This document shows positions 1 to 10,363 of a stretch of 64,000 nucleotides of DNA, one piece after another. Position 1 is the first letter of the stretch, and every line of letters begins with the position of its first letter. The DNA comes from Deferribacterales bacterium (lineage in GTDB: Bacteria; Chrysiogenota; Deferribacteres; Deferribacterales; Geovibrionaceae), in NCBI GenBank assembly GCA_050251875.1, contig JBFWMA010000007.1, positions 96,001 through 160,000 on the forward strand, in the 5' to 3' direction. Both the position numbers and the translations under genes were made by a program. Below the pieces are notes generated by a model, which was given only the letters and a program-made list of their open reading frames with translations, did not search any database and was not told the origin of the DNA.

Positions 1-798
1 AATCAGCATGGGAGCCGAATGCCCGAAAAACATCTCACGGAACTTGCTCTCAGATGTTTCATAGTTTTTATGCTCGGAGAAAAGGTCGGTGATGTCCGTC
101 AGAACAGAAATAAACTCGTCCGAGCCGCCTCCGGTGTTGACAACATCCACGATAAACCAGTGTTTATCGCCCGTTTCAGCGCTCGTTATACAGACTCTCT
201 TCTCATATCCATTCAGCAGACCCGAAGAGATCAGTTCTTTCCATTCAGGATTGTTTTTCAGCGAATCTTCCTCTGTGTCTTCGAAGAAGGAGCACAGGCA
301 TCTTTCAGACCTGCTCAGATCTTCCATGGTCTGATATCCTAAAAATTTCAAGGCAGATGAATTAGCAAAAAAGATTGAAACAGCGTCATGGATAAAAACC
401 ATTCCGTGCACTCTGTTTACCAAAACATCGAGACTGCTTTTAAATTCTCTCAGTCCCTTCACTGTCTTAAATATATTGCTCTTAGAGCTGAAATCCACAC
501 CGGCAGGCACAGCGCAGAAAACAAAGGCGGAATCTCCGGCGGCATAGAGCCTGATGTTATATATCTGCTTTTTTCCCTTTATGTTAAGAAGCGTGTTATA
601 TGACTTTATCTCGGCTGTTCCATCCACCACATGTGAGAAATCCGGAATGGAAGAAGCATAGAAGCTGCTGGGCAATATCTTGTCAACATTGATAAAAACC
701 TTCTCGAACTGTCCGTTTTTTTCTATAACATGAAGAGATGAGTCCGTGACGGCGGCGGGGATTTTTATCTTATCCAGCATAACAAGATAATCTTTCAT
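1..798 (-). CDS. PAS-domain sensor protein, 5' part (runs off the left edge)
   Basis: Not in the ORF track. Read by hand from ATG at 798 (RBS GAGAGG): MKDYLVMLDKIKIPAAVTDSSLHVIEKN...VHGMVFIHDAVSIFFANSSALKFLGY, which is PAS-like. I did not translate it all the way to base 1. Confidence 0.65.
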   Translation of the reverse strand, partial: MKDYLVMLDKIKIPAAVTDSSLHVIEKNGQFEKVFINVDKILPSSFYASSIPDFSHVVDGTAEIKSYNTLLNIKGKKQIYNIRLYAAGDSAFVFCAVPAGVDFSSKSNIFKTVKGLREFKSSLDVLVNRVHGMVFIHDAVSIFFANSSALKFLGYQTMEDLSRSERCLCSFFEDTEEDSLKNNPEWKELISSGLLNGYEKRVCITSAETGDKHWFIVDVVNTGGGSDEFISVLTDITDLFSEHKNYETSESKFREMFFGHSAPMLI

Positions 799-969
799 GG
801 AGCACCTCTCAAAAAATAAAGATGATAAAAAATATCCATATTGAATTTATACTCATTTTATATAATTTAACACCATTAATTATAAAGACAATACAATGTT
901 TTGTTGTTTATTATAATACCAAATTGGAATATAATATCATCAAGGGCAAACTATCATATTTGGTGGGTG

Positions 970-3708
970 ATGAAAAACAAACTGTCTGTTTTCACTTTTT
1001 TATCCATGATTATAGTCGCGGCGGTTTTTTCCATTATGTTGATATACAATATCTCTTCGCTCTCTGAAAAGCACATAGTCAACACCAGCCAGGAACTCGA
1101 GAAAATCTTTGTAAAACGTCAGAAAGAATATATCCACCAGGAAATAAACAGAATCACATCCCGCATATCCCTCGAAAAAAGAGAGGTATATCAGAACGCC
1201 AGAGACACCGTGAGAGCGAGAGTGGAATCCGCCGAAGGTTTTTTGAAAAACGTTCTGAAACGGGACTCATCGGAAAGACTTAGAAAAATAGCGCTGGAGG
1301 AGATGATCCACTCCTTTAAATGGGAATATTCCTCAGGATATTATTTCGCCATGGATTCCAAAGGAAATATTCTGCACCACGGCGGCAACCCCGATCTGGA
1401 GAACCAAAACTTACTCAATATGAATATCAGCGGCGACCTGAGGACTTTTCTGAACAAAGTATATAGAGAAAAAGAGGCGTTCGGAGAATACAAATACATC
1501 AGCGAAAACATGAACGACCGTGACAGCTATAAAGTAGCCTATGCCAGATATGACGAAAAGCTGGGTCTGCTCATCGGCGCCAGCATCTATCTGAAAGAAC
1601 TGACCGACAAGGCAAAAGAGAGCATCCTGCTGGAGATGCAGAACGACAGATACGGCTACAAAGATACAGGATATTTCTGGGTGATAACTCCTGAATATCA
1701 GACAGTCTTCCATCCGTCTCCGGATTTTCCGAAAGGCAGTCTGAAAGGGCTGACGGACATAGACGGCAAACTGTTCATAGATGAAATGGTAGACGCCTCG
1801 CTGAAGAGCGGCGGCGGTTTCGTAACATACAAATGGCCGGAACCCGGCTCCAAAATCAGCGTGCAGAAAGTGGCGTATGTGGAATATGTGCCCGACTGGG
1901 ACTGGATTATCTGCACCGGATTCTACTTCAACAACCTGAAAGAGACCACAGAGCTGGAAAAAGAAGTGATCGAATCCACGCTGGCGGATGATCTCAGATC
2001 GAACCTGATGCTGATATCCGCCCTGTTCATCTCCACCCTGCTGGTGGCTGTGTATGTTTCCAGAAAGATGGGCGCTGTGGAATCCAGCCAGACAAAATAT
2101 CTGAACGACCTGAAACAGTATAAAAACGTGATGGACGAAAGCTCCATCGTCAGCATAACCGACCCGATGGGGCACATCACCTATGTGAACGACAAATTCT
2201 GCGAGATCTGCGGATATTCCAGAGAATATCTGATAGGCAAGCGCCACAACATAATGAGACACCCGGACACCCCCAACGAACTCTTCAAAGACCTCTGGAC
2301 AACCATTTTAAAGGGAAGATCATGGCACGGCATCATAAAAAACCTGAGGGTGGACGGCGGACACTTCTATCACAAAGTATCCATCATCCCCTATAAAGAC
2401 GAGAACGGAACCATAGTCAGCTTTACCTCATGCAGTCAGGATGTGACAGAAGTCATCGAAAACAGGGAGATGCTCCAGAACGTTTTCAGCGTGGACAGGC
2501 TGACCGGGCTGGGCAACAGATATAAGCTGATAACAGATATAGAAAACTCTAAAATGCCGTCCCTCGCCTTCATAGACATAGACAGGTTTCACGAGATCAA
2601 CGAGCTCTACGGAATGACCTTCGGCGACAACCTGCTCAGCATGGCGGCGGAACGGATGAAGAACCAGTGCCAGCTGAAAATGTTCAATATATACCGTGTC
2701 CACTCGGATGTTTTCGCAGTGCTGGCTCCATACATCGACAAACAGATGTTTATAGAGCAGACCATGGCAGGCATAAACTCTGTCGTGGGAGAGGTTTTCA
2801 AGCTGGACGGAAAAGAGGTGATCATCCGCTACAGAGCGGGCTTTGCCAATGACACCGATGATATCATAGCTAAGGCTGATATCGCTCTCCAGCAGGCAAA
2901 ATCAGAAAACAAAAGCCATGTGGTTTATGACATTCACAATATAAACAACTCAGACATCTATGAGCAGAATATCAAGATAATGAAGATGCTGACAGAAGCG
3001 GTGGAGAATGACAGAGTAGTACCCTTCTTCCAGCCTATTTATGATTTCAGCTCAAAATCGATAGTGAAGTACGAGTGCCTCATCCGCATAATAAATAAAG
3101 ACGGCTCCATCATGCCGCCCTCAGAGTTTCTGGATGTCAGCAAACAGACCAGAATATACCCGGATCTGACAAAAATAGTCGCCGCTAAATCAATAGATGA
3201 ATTCAGAAACAGTCCGTATGAGTTCTCCATCAACTTCTCCGTGGAAGATCTGCTGAACCACAGCACCATAGATTATGTATATGACTATGCCTCACAGGCG
3301 GGCGTTCTGAACCGCATGGTGATAGAGCTGGTGGAGACCGAACAGCTCAACTCCAGCACAGATGTTGTCGCCACTTTGGAAAAGTTCAAACAGGCGGGGA
3401 CAAAGATTGCCATAGACGATTTCGGAACCGGATATTCCAACTTCGACTATCTGCTGAAAGTCCACGCCGACTATATCAAAATAGACGGAAGCATAATCAA
3501 GCTGATTACCAAAGACGAAAGAGCTCTGGATATAGTGAACTCCATAGTCAGATACGCCAAGAAGATGAATATGAAGACCATCGGCGAGTTTATCTCCGAC
3601 AGAGAAATAGCAAAAAAGGCTATGTCAGCCCACATCGACTTTGCACAGGGGTATTTCTACGGCAAACCGGAGAGGAAGCCTAACCCGAACCCGGACAATA
3701 CTCTGTGA
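970..3708 (+). CDS. Cache-PAS-GGDEF(degenerate)-EAL c-di-GMP phosphodiesterase
   Basis: Two TM helices flank Cache repeats (GYFWV, WDWIICTG). PAS (YVNDKFC..GY). GGDEF site reads HSDVF. EAL domain has FFQPI/ECL/DDFGTGYS/IKIDG. The likely start is MKNK at 970. Confidence 0.9.
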   Translation: MKNKLSVFTFLSMIIVAAVFSIMLIYNISSLSEKHIVNTSQELEKIFVKRQKEYIHQEINRITSRISLEKREVYQNARDTVRARVESAEGFLKNVLKRDSSERLRKIALEEMIHSFKWEYSSGYYFAMDSKGNILHHGGNPDLENQNLLNMNISGDLRTFLNKVYREKEAFGEYKYISENMNDRDSYKVAYARYDEKLGLLIGASIYLKELTDKAKESILLEMQNDRYGYKDTGYFWVITPEYQTVFHPSPDFPKGSLKGLTDIDGKLFIDEMVDASLKSGGGFVTYKWPEPGSKISVQKVAYVEYVPDWDWIICTGFYFNNLKETTELEKEVIESTLADDLRSNLMLISALFISTLLVAVYVSRKMGAVESSQTKYLNDLKQYKNVMDESSIVSITDPMGHITYVNDKFCEICGYSREYLIGKRHNIMRHPDTPNELFKDLWTTILKGRSWHGIIKNLRVDGGHFYHKVSIIPYKDENGTIVSFTSCSQDVTEVIENREMLQNVFSVDRLTGLGNRYKLITDIENSKMPSLAFIDIDRFHEINELYGMTFGDNLLSMAAERMKNQCQLKMFNIYRVHSDVFAVLAPYIDKQMFIEQTMAGINSVVGEVFKLDGKEVIIRYRAGFANDTDDIIAKADIALQQAKSENKSHVVYDIHNINNSDIYEQNIKIMKMLTEAVENDRVVPFFQPIYDFSSKSIVKYECLIRIINKDGSIMPPSEFLDVSKQTRIYPDLTKIVAAKSIDEFRNSPYEFSINFSVEDLLNHSTIDYVYDYASQAGVLNRMVIELVETEQLNSSTDVVATLEKFKQAGTKIAIDDFGTGYSNFDYLLKVHADYIKIDGSIIKLITKDERALDIVNSIVRYAKKMNMKTIGEFISDREIAKKAMSAHIDFAQGYFYGKPERKPNPNPDNTL

Positions 3709-3927
3709 TCAGCCTTTTCTGAGTATTTTCTCCACGAAGAACTTGGCGGCGAGAAGTATCATCGGAGCGGCGTGAAAGACCAGATCGAATATGTCTATCG
3801 GTTTTTTCAGTGTTCCGGCGGCGAGCATTTTGAGCTTTTGCCAGATATGAGGCTCCGGAATGAAGGGCGCAAGCCCCAAAAGCACGGAAAACACTATCAA
3901 GGTAGGATAATCAAGTTTTTTCAGCAT
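3709..3927 (-). CDS. small membrane protein (LAPF-PEPH family)
   Basis: 72 aa, two hydrophobic helices, LGLAPFIPEPH...PIDIFDL motif. Confidence 0.7.
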   Translation of the reverse strand: MLKKLDYPTLIVFSVLLGLAPFIPEPHIWQKLKMLAAGTLKKPIDIFDLVFHAAPMILLAAKFFVEKILRKG

Positions 3928-4031
3928 ATCTGCTCCATCCTCTGTTCACAAAAAACACACATTTTCGTTAAGCATAATGATGTCCCGCCGATATGCATAT
4001 TACTATGAAAATATTCACCACGGAGGGTGTC

Positions 4032-4673
4032 ATGTATGTGAACTATAACGCTAAGTCGGTCGGCTTGCAATATGACTCTTACGAAAAGAAATCCGACAGC
4101 ACAAAAACAACCTCGAAATCAGTCAATGTCGAAATAAAATATACAGCGGTCTCCGCCTCCGTAATCCATGAAGACAAGGCGGATATTTCAGACTCCGAAA
4201 CCAAGGCTCTCACAGACGAAGCGATGAGCAGAGCCGAGGCATATATTCAGGAATCCGTGAACAGGCTGAGAGAAAGGATATCACAGCACACCCAGAATGT
4301 GATGAAAGGTCAGTCCGAAACCGTTATGGCGGAGATCAGATCATACAGTCTGTCGGTGAAGATAACCCTTCAGTCTGAAACCACTATAGAAAACACAGAC
4401 TCAGGCATGCAGTCGCTGATATCCGAAGACGGATATTTCGGCGTTAAAAAGACGTCTCAGAGGATTTTCGACTTCGTATCCTCAATGGCAGGAAACAATC
4501 CGGAAAAACTGGCAGAAGCGAAAGAGGCTGTGCAAGACGGTTTCGATAAGGCAAAAGGAGCGCTCGGCGGTGATCTTCCGCAGATATCCAACGACACATA
4601 TGACGCCGTGATGGAAAAAATAGACTCATATATCGACTATCTCGATCATAAAAGCGAATCAGCATACGCATAA
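4032..4673 (+). CDS. hypothetical protein (DUF5610-like C-terminus)
   Basis: EDGYFGVKKTSQRIFDF...GF..A...GG.LP.IS..TYD motif; RBS GGAGG before ATG 4032. Confidence 0.6.
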   Translation: MYVNYNAKSVGLQYDSYEKKSDSTKTTSKSVNVEIKYTAVSASVIHEDKADISDSETKALTDEAMSRAEAYIQESVNRLRERISQHTQNVMKGQSETVMAEIRSYSLSVKITLQSETTIENTDSGMQSLISEDGYFGVKKTSQRIFDFVSSMAGNNPEKLAEAKEAVQDGFDKAKGALGGDLPQISNDTYDAVMEKIDSYIDYLDHKSESAYA

Positions 4674-4674
4674 A

Positions 4675-4699
4675 AAAAGGGCGGTTAAACCGCCCTTTT
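4675..4699. terminator. bidirectional intrinsic terminator
   Basis: AAAAGGGCGGTTAAACCGCCCTTTT hairpin between convergent genes. Confidence 0.8.
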
Positions 4700-6535
4700 A
4701 TTTTTGTTTTCCAGTGTGATAATGATCTTAGCGCCTTTATCCGTGTTCTCCACGTTTATCTCGCCGTTCATCCTGTCGTTTATTATCAGCTTGCTCATAT
4801 AGAGACCCAGCCCTGTTCCCTTCTCCCCTTTGGTGGAGATATAAGCGTTAAAAATCTTTTCCAGCATATGTTCGGGGATACCGCCGCCGTTGTCTTCCAC
4901 GGCAACAGTCACATAGCGTCCGTTATCCAGCGAGCTGAGAGTGATGTCTATCTCGCCGTATTCAGTTTTGTTCTGTTCCAGCGCGTCTTTAGCGTTGGTA
5001 CAGAGGTTCAGGACGACATTCTTAAACTCGTTCTCATATCCGTAAACAACGGCCTTTTTCGCCTCTTCTGAATCGAAGAAAATGCCGCATTTTATATTGT
5101 GATATTTCAGCTGAGGTCTGTAGAGATCCATCACGCTGACAACAGCCTCAGACAGAACAAATTCCGAAGCCTTAGAAGACGGTTTCAGAAAATCCCTGAA
5201 ATCGTTCACAGTGTCGGTCATAAATTTTATCTGTTCCACGATGCTGGATACTGTTTTGCTGATGAGTTTTTCAGACTCCTCATCCACATCCAGAAGTTCC
5301 TGCATCATCTGCGATATCATGGATATGGAATTAAGCGGCTGAACCCACTGATGAGCAATGATGCCCACCATCTCGCCCATTGTCGCCATTTTTGACTGCT
5401 GAAGCAGCATGCGCTCCTGTTCCAGGTTTTTGCTGTGGATCTTTTTATATTCGGAAATATCGCTGATAAATCCGAAAAACAGCGGTTCATATCCGTCATC
5501 GATATATTCGAAACTGCCAAGCACATCAACGTGTGAGCCGTCTTTTTTCATGATGGCAAAATCAACGGGCTGTATCCTGTTATCAACGTTCATCAGCTGT
5601 TTGTAGGCGTTTAGTATCTTGTCTTTGCAGTCGGGTCTGATGATGGTGTCGGACGCTTTCTTACCTTTCAGCTCAGACGGCTGGTAGCCTATCAGATGTT
5701 CCAGATATTTATTATAGTCTTTTATCAGCCCGTCTTTATCCAGGGTGAAAATGCCTATATTAGCGTTGTCATAAAGTGTTCTGTAATAGGTATCCTGACG
5801 GCGCATCTCTTTTTCCGCCATCTTCGTGTCGGTGATGTCGTGTATGATGCCGTCCAGCGAATGGGTGCTGGGAGAAAGTTTTTTCATAACTATGCGCAGG
5901 TGCTTTTCCGACCCGTCCGGATGTCTCATCGAGACCTCGGTTTCCACCATGGTCTTATCCGCCGCCTCCGACATAACCTCGCAGAGCTGAGAGAAACCCT
6001 TCTCTTTAGCATTTTTGCAGATGTCTTCTATGTTCACCACAGATTTATCAGCTGAGAATCCCAGAACGCCGCAGGCCTCCGGAGAGAGTATCAGGCATTT
6101 GAGATCGTGGATATACTCAAACGTACCTGTGCCTGTCACAGCGTTTGCGTGGCTCAGCTTCTTTCTGTTCAGCTCCAGATCCTTCACAGCCATCCTGAGC
6201 GCCTGTGTTCTCTTCCTCACCTCTTCGGATGAGGTGTCCTCCTGATCTTCAGCGTCCATAAAGAGATTGATCGGGTGTAAGTTTATGATGATATTGTCTT
6301 TCATTCCGATGTCCTGAAAGACCATGATGAAGTTCTGAGCACCCAGAGAAATGAACGTGCCGTTCCTGCCCGCTCTGTTCTCGGCGGAAAAAAATCCGGG
6401 GAAAATCTCTGACAGAGCCTTTCCAACGGGGTTAGAATAAAATAATTTTCTGGCGGAAGGAGACACCCACTCAATAGTATCCTCAGGTTTCCGCCCTGTG
6501 GTTCTTATGATATAAGATTCGTTATTATTCACCAT
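4685..6535 (-). CDS. PAS-domain sensor histidine kinase
   Basis: PAS domains; H-box IAHQWVQPL; N-box NLCTNAKDA; G-boxes DNGGGI and GTGLGLY. Confidence 0.92.
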   Translation of the reverse strand: MVNNNESYIIRTTGRKPEDTIEWVSPSARKLFYSNPVGKALSEIFPGFFSAENRAGRNGTFISLGAQNFIMVFQDIGMKDNIIINLHPINLFMDAEDQEDTSSEEVRKRTQALRMAVKDLELNRKKLSHANAVTGTGTFEYIHDLKCLILSPEACGVLGFSADKSVVNIEDICKNAKEKGFSQLCEVMSEAADKTMVETEVSMRHPDGSEKHLRIVMKKLSPSTHSLDGIIHDITDTKMAEKEMRRQDTYYRTLYDNANIGIFTLDKDGLIKDYNKYLEHLIGYQPSELKGKKASDTIIRPDCKDKILNAYKQLMNVDNRIQPVDFAIMKKDGSHVDVLGSFEYIDDGYEPLFFGFISDISEYKKIHSKNLEQERMLLQQSKMATMGEMVGIIAHQWVQPLNSISMISQMMQELLDVDEESEKLISKTVSSIVEQIKFMTDTVNDFRDFLKPSSKASEFVLSEAVVSVMDLYRPQLKYHNIKCGIFFDSEEAKKAVVYGYENEFKNVVLNLCTNAKDALEQNKTEYGEIDITLSSLDNGRYVTVAVEDNGGGIPEHMLEKIFNAYISTKGEKGTGLGLYMSKLIINDRMNGEINVENTDKGAKIIITLENKNKRAV

Positions 6536-6577
6536 ATCTCCAAACTATATACTATTTATGAGGTGTTAACAAGTAGG

Positions 6578-6835
6578 TTAATTTTTTGCGGCGGGCGCCA
6601 GACTGAAAATAATCATGCCTGTTCCCATGCCTGTCACAAAGTGCATATGAAGAAAGAAATATGAGATGACAACCAGAAGAATGCCTATATAGCGCATCAC
6701 TCCCCATGAAGAGAATATGAAAGACCCGTGACGTGATATGTGTTTGTTGACAAAGGGTTCACCCTTTACAAAGACATAGCCGCCGCATATCATTCCGCCA
6801 ATAAAGAGCAGTATAAGATCAACTGTCGTGTGCAC
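6578..6835 (-). CDS. small membrane hypothetical protein
   Basis: 85 aa hydrophobic ORF, GTG start overlapping the upstream small ORF. Confidence 0.55.
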   Translation of the reverse strand: MHTTVDLILLFIGGMICGGYVFVKGEPFVNKHISRHGSFIFSSWGVMRYIGILLVVISYFFLHMHFVTGMGTGMIIFSLAPAAKN

Positions 6836-6986
6836 TGTGTATTTCCTCGTGTCTGTCGCATGTCTGTCCGGTCTGGCAGTGCCCCTCTCCGCATCGGCAG
6901 ACGCTCTTTTTGCTTCTGAGCTTCAGCATCAGGGCGAAGAAGGATACCGCTATGAAAACCGCCAGAAATACCGCTAAAAATCTCAT
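6819..6986 (-). CDS. NqrM-like small Cys-rich membrane protein (55 aa)
   Basis: Hand-translated MRFLAVFLAVFIAVSFFALMLKLRSKKSVCRCGEGHCQTGQTCDRHEEIHSAHDS. RBS GAGAGG. One TM helix plus 4 Cys, directly downstream of nqrF. Confidence 0.6.
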   Translation of the reverse strand: MRFLAVFLAVFIAVSFFALMLKLRSKKSVCRCGEGHCQTGQTCDRHEEIHSAHDS

Positions 6987-7000
6987 CAATAACCTCTCAG

Positions 7001-7170
7001 AAAAAGTTAATCCTAAACTTTTTCAGATACCGTTAAGCTCGCAGGTTTGACCATCACGAGCGAAGCGTTGTGATCTCGGCGGGGTATAAAACCCCGCCCT
7101 ACTATCGGCAGGTGTTTCTAAACCGATCTATGATCCAAAATGCGTGCCTGCTATCGCACGCATTTCTAAA
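7001..7170. repeat. cluster of REP-like hairpins
   Basis: On the minus strand, GTAG-GGCGGGGT-TTTAT-ACCCCGCC at 7078-7102. Further hairpins such as ATGCGTG..CACGCAT. Shares the GATACCGTTA motif with the 26.2-26.6 kb repeats. Confidence 0.6.
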
Positions 7171-7175
7171 CAAAG

Positions 7176-8387
7176 CTAGCTGCCAAAATCGTCAAAGAAT
7201 ATATTATCCGGCTCAACTCCCAGACTGTCCAGCATACTCAGCACAGCCGAAATCATCATGGGAGGACCGCAGAGATAATACTCTATGTCTTCAGGCGCTT
7301 CATGATTTTTAAGATATTCATTCAGCACCACGTTATGTATGAATCCCGTGTAGCCTGTCCAGTTGTCCTCCGGCATGGGATCAGACAGAGCGATGTTCCA
7401 TTTAAAATTAGGAAACTGTTTTTCCAGCTCTTCAAAATCCTCCAGATAAAACAGCTCCTTCAGGCTCCGTCCGCCGTACCAATAGCTTATCTTTCTGCCG
7501 GCATTCAGCCTCTTTAGCTGGTCGAAGATTATCGAACGCAGAGGAGCCATGCCCGCACCGCCTCCGATAAAAACCATCTCTTTGCCGGTCTCTCTGCCGT
7601 AAAACTCGCCGAAAGGTCCCGCAATAGTTACCTTATCACCCGGTTTTCTGCTCCAGACATATGATGAGCCGATGCCGGGGGGCACTTTTTTGCCGAAGGG
7701 GGGTGTTGCGATCCGCACGTTCAGCTTCACGATGCCCTCTTCCTCCGGATAGTTCGCCATGGAGTAGGCACGCTGAGCCTCCTCCTTAACCACGCTCTCT
7801 ATTTTGAAAAAACCGAATTTTTCCCAGTCGCCTCTGTACTGCTCCGGTATGTCCATATCGCTGAATTTGCACTCATACGGAGGCACAACCACCTGAATAT
7901 ATCCGCCAGCTCTGAAATCGACCTTTTCAGGCACTCTCAGAACAAATTCCTTGATAAAGGTAGCCACGTTGTCGTTGGATATTACCTCGCACTCAAAACG
8001 CTTGGCGGCAAAAACCTCGGCGTCCAGCTCTATCTTCATATCCTGCTTAACGGCTGTCTGACAGGAGAGCCTCATGCCCTCCTTCTCCTGTTTGCGGTTG
8101 ATATGGCTCTTCTCAGTGGGCAGGATGTCTCCGCCGCCCTCCAATACCTTTACACGGCACTGACCGCAGGCACCGCCGCCGCCGCACGCTGATGAAACGA
8201 ATATCCCGTTATCCGCCAGAGCGTTCAGCAGTTTTCCGCCGACATTAACCGTCAGGTCTTTTTCGCTGTTGATGTTTATGGTTACTGTTCCGGCAGCCAC
8301 CAGCATGCGTCTGGCGTTGATGATGACCCCCACCAGAAGAAGAATGACAACCGTAAAGACCGCTACTCCCATTAAAAGCACTGTCAT
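7176..8387 (-). CDS. nqrF: Na+-translocating NADH:quinone reductase subunit F
   Basis: 2Fe-2S motif [36 protein letters not shown]. Confidence 0.97.
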   Translation of the reverse strand: MTVLLMGVAVFTVVILLLVGVIINARRMLVAAGTVTININSEKDLTVNVGGKLLNALADNGIFVSSACGGGGACGQCRVKVLEGGGDILPTEKSHINRKQEKEGMRLSCQTAVKQDMKIELDAEVFAAKRFECEVISNDNVATFIKEFVLRVPEKVDFRAGGYIQVVVPPYECKFSDMDIPEQYRGDWEKFGFFKIESVVKEEAQRAYSMANYPEEEGIVKLNVRIATPPFGKKVPPGIGSSYVWSRKPGDKVTIAGPFGEFYGRETGKEMVFIGGGAGMAPLRSIIFDQLKRLNAGRKISYWYGGRSLKELFYLEDFEELEKQFPNFKWNIALSDPMPEDNWTGYTGFIHNVVLNEYLKNHEAPEDIEYYLCGPPMMISAVLSMLDSLGVEPDNIFFDDFGS

Positions 8388-8992
8388 AGCTTTATCCCCG
8401 AAAACAGCATAAAGGCGATAGCCATTATGCCAGCAGTAATAAATGTTATGCCCATACCTCCGAGCCCTCTTGGGGTGTCGGCGTATTTTATCCTTTCACG
8501 GATGGCCGCCATGGTTACGATTGCCAGCGCCCAGCCTATGCCCGAGCCCAGACCGAAAACCACAGATTCGCCGAATCCGTAATCACGCTGAACCATAAAG
8601 AGCGAACCGCCCAGAATAGCGCAGTTAACCGTTATCAGCGGAAGGAATATACCCAGAGCGGAATAGAGAGACGGAACGTATTTGTCCAGCGCCATCTCCA
8701 GAATCTGCACTATAGCGGCGATCAGACCGATGTATGTCACCAGCCCGATGAACCCCAGATCGAGATCGGGAAAGCCCATCCATGTCAGAGCGCCCTCTTT
8801 CAGAACAAACCTGTAGAGCAGGTTGTTCGCCGGAACGGTGATAGCCTGCACCACCACAACAGCGATGCCCAGACCAAAAGCCGTCTCCACCTTCTTCGAC
8901 ACGGCGATGAAGGTACACATGCCCAGAAAGAAGGACAGAGCCATGTTTTCTATGAATATAGATTTTATAAAAAGCGAAAGATATGCTTCCAT
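8384..8992 (-). CDS. nqrE: Na+-NQR subunit E
   Basis: [25 protein letters not shown]. Confidence 0.97.
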   Translation of the reverse strand: MEAYLSLFIKSIFIENMALSFFLGMCTFIAVSKKVETAFGLGIAVVVVQAITVPANNLLYRFVLKEGALTWMGFPDLDLGFIGLVTYIGLIAAIVQILEMALDKYVPSLYSALGIFLPLITVNCAILGGSLFMVQRDYGFGESVVFGLGSGIGWALAIVTMAAIRERIKYADTPRGLGGMGITFITAGIMAIAFMLFSGIKL

Positions 8993-8993
8993 G

Positions 8994-9605
8994 TTAATCC
9001 TCCGCCTTCACTACTGTCAGTCTGGCTATCCATATCAGTATGCCTATCAGAAAGAAGGCGCTGGGTGCCAGCAGAAAAAGCCCGTTGGGATGATACCATC
9101 CGCCGGAATTGACAGAGGGCATAATGGTGAAGCCGAACAGTTTTCCGGAACCCACCAGCTCTCTTATGGTGGCGATGACTATCAGAACCAGACCATAACC
9201 AGAGCCGTTGCCCAGACCGTCCAGAAAGCTCCTGAACGGCGGGTTGCTGATGGCGTATGCCTCTGCCCGCCCCATGATGATACAGTTGGTGATGATAAGC
9301 CCCATAAAGACCGACAGCTGTTTGCTGATCTCGAACATATACGCCTTAATGATCTGGTCGGCGATGATAACCAGTGTCGCCACTATAGTCATCTCTATGA
9401 TAAGCCTGATGCTGGACGGCATATAGTTTCTGAGAGCAGATATAAAAAGGTTGGAAAACGCCACGACCGCAGTCACGGACACAGCCATAACCAGCGTCAC
9501 TTCCAGCTTGGTAGTAACAGCCAGCGTGGAGCAGATGCCCAGCACCTGCACGGCGATGGGGTTATTCTTTATGATAGGGTCGGTCAGTGTCTTTATGTTT
9601 GACAT
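8994..9605 (-). CDS. nqrD: Na+-NQR subunit D
   Basis: [27 protein letters not shown]. Confidence 0.97.
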   Translation of the reverse strand: MSNIKTLTDPIIKNNPIAVQVLGICSTLAVTTKLEVTLVMAVSVTAVVAFSNLFISALRNYMPSSIRLIIEMTIVATLVIIADQIIKAYMFEISKQLSVFMGLIITNCIIMGRAEAYAISNPPFRSFLDGLGNGSGYGLVLIVIATIRELVGSGKLFGFTIMPSVNSGGWYHPNGLFLLAPSAFFLIGILIWIARLTVVKAED

Positions 9606-10363
9606 TAAGCACCCCCCTCTTTCAGTTTATTCAGATATTTCCCGAATCCGTCAACGCCCATCCAGAAGCGTACTGTGTTTTCCACGCCACGGCTTGTCAT
9701 TGTGGCGCCGCTGAGAGCGTCCACCTGGTGCTCACCCGCTGCGCCGCCCTTCACCACGGACAGAGCCACTGAGCCGTCCTCGGAGTATATTTTCTTGCCC
9801 ACCCACTGAGCTTTCCAGATGGGGTTGTCCACCTCTCCGCCCAGACCGGGTGTCTCGCCGTGCTCATAGAATGTGATTCCGCTCACGGTGTCCATATCGC
9901 TGTTCAGCGCCATGAAGCCGTAAAGTGTGGACCACAGACCGGAGCCGTATATCGGCAGAATCAGCTTGTTTATCTTTCCGCTTTCGTCACGGATTATAAA
10001 TACGGGAATTTTGGCAGGGATGCTCTTTATCACAGCCACATCCTGCTGTTTTGACAGATGAACGGCATCGGGCATAGTCGCCAGCCTTTTGATGCTTTCG
10101 AAGTATTTTCCGGCGTCAGCCTTCACAGCCTCTCCCGTGCGCATGTCCACCATATAGGTTTCCACCTGTTCGAACGCTTTGGCAACATCGGTGTCGCCAT
10201 GCAGATAACCGCCGGCGAGCAGAATGTTCTTCTTCCGCTCCAGCTCACGGTTCATATCCTGTTTCGGCTTCAACAGCACGTTTGCGCCCGCCACAAAGAA
10301 GGAGCAGATTACAGCGAGGGTCAAAGCCGTTAAAAATGTTTTAAGATCGCTTTCAGACCGCAC
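9605..10363 (-). CDS. nqrC: Na+-NQR subunit C
   Basis: [21 protein letters not shown] attachment motif DALSGAT. Confidence 0.96.
   Translation of the reverse strand: MRSESDLKTFLTALTLAVICSFFVAGANVLLKPKQDMNRELERKKNILLAGGYLHGDTDVAKAFEQVETYMVDMRTGEAVKADAGKYFESIKRLATMPDAVHLSKQQDVAVIKSIPAKIPVFIIRDESGKINKLILPIYGSGLWSTLYGFMALNSDMDTVSGITFYEHGETPGLGGEVDNPIWKAQWVGKKIYSEDGSVALSVVKGGAAGEHQVDALSGATMTSRGVENTVRFWMGVDGFGKYLNKLKEGGA

Noticed and set aside
19..603. Short plus-strand ORFs
   Set aside because: Shadows of the minus-strand PAS gene starting at 798
2485..2930. Active diguanylate cyclase domain in the first gene
   Set aside because: The GGDEF signature is replaced by HSDVF, a common degenerate form in phosphodiesterases
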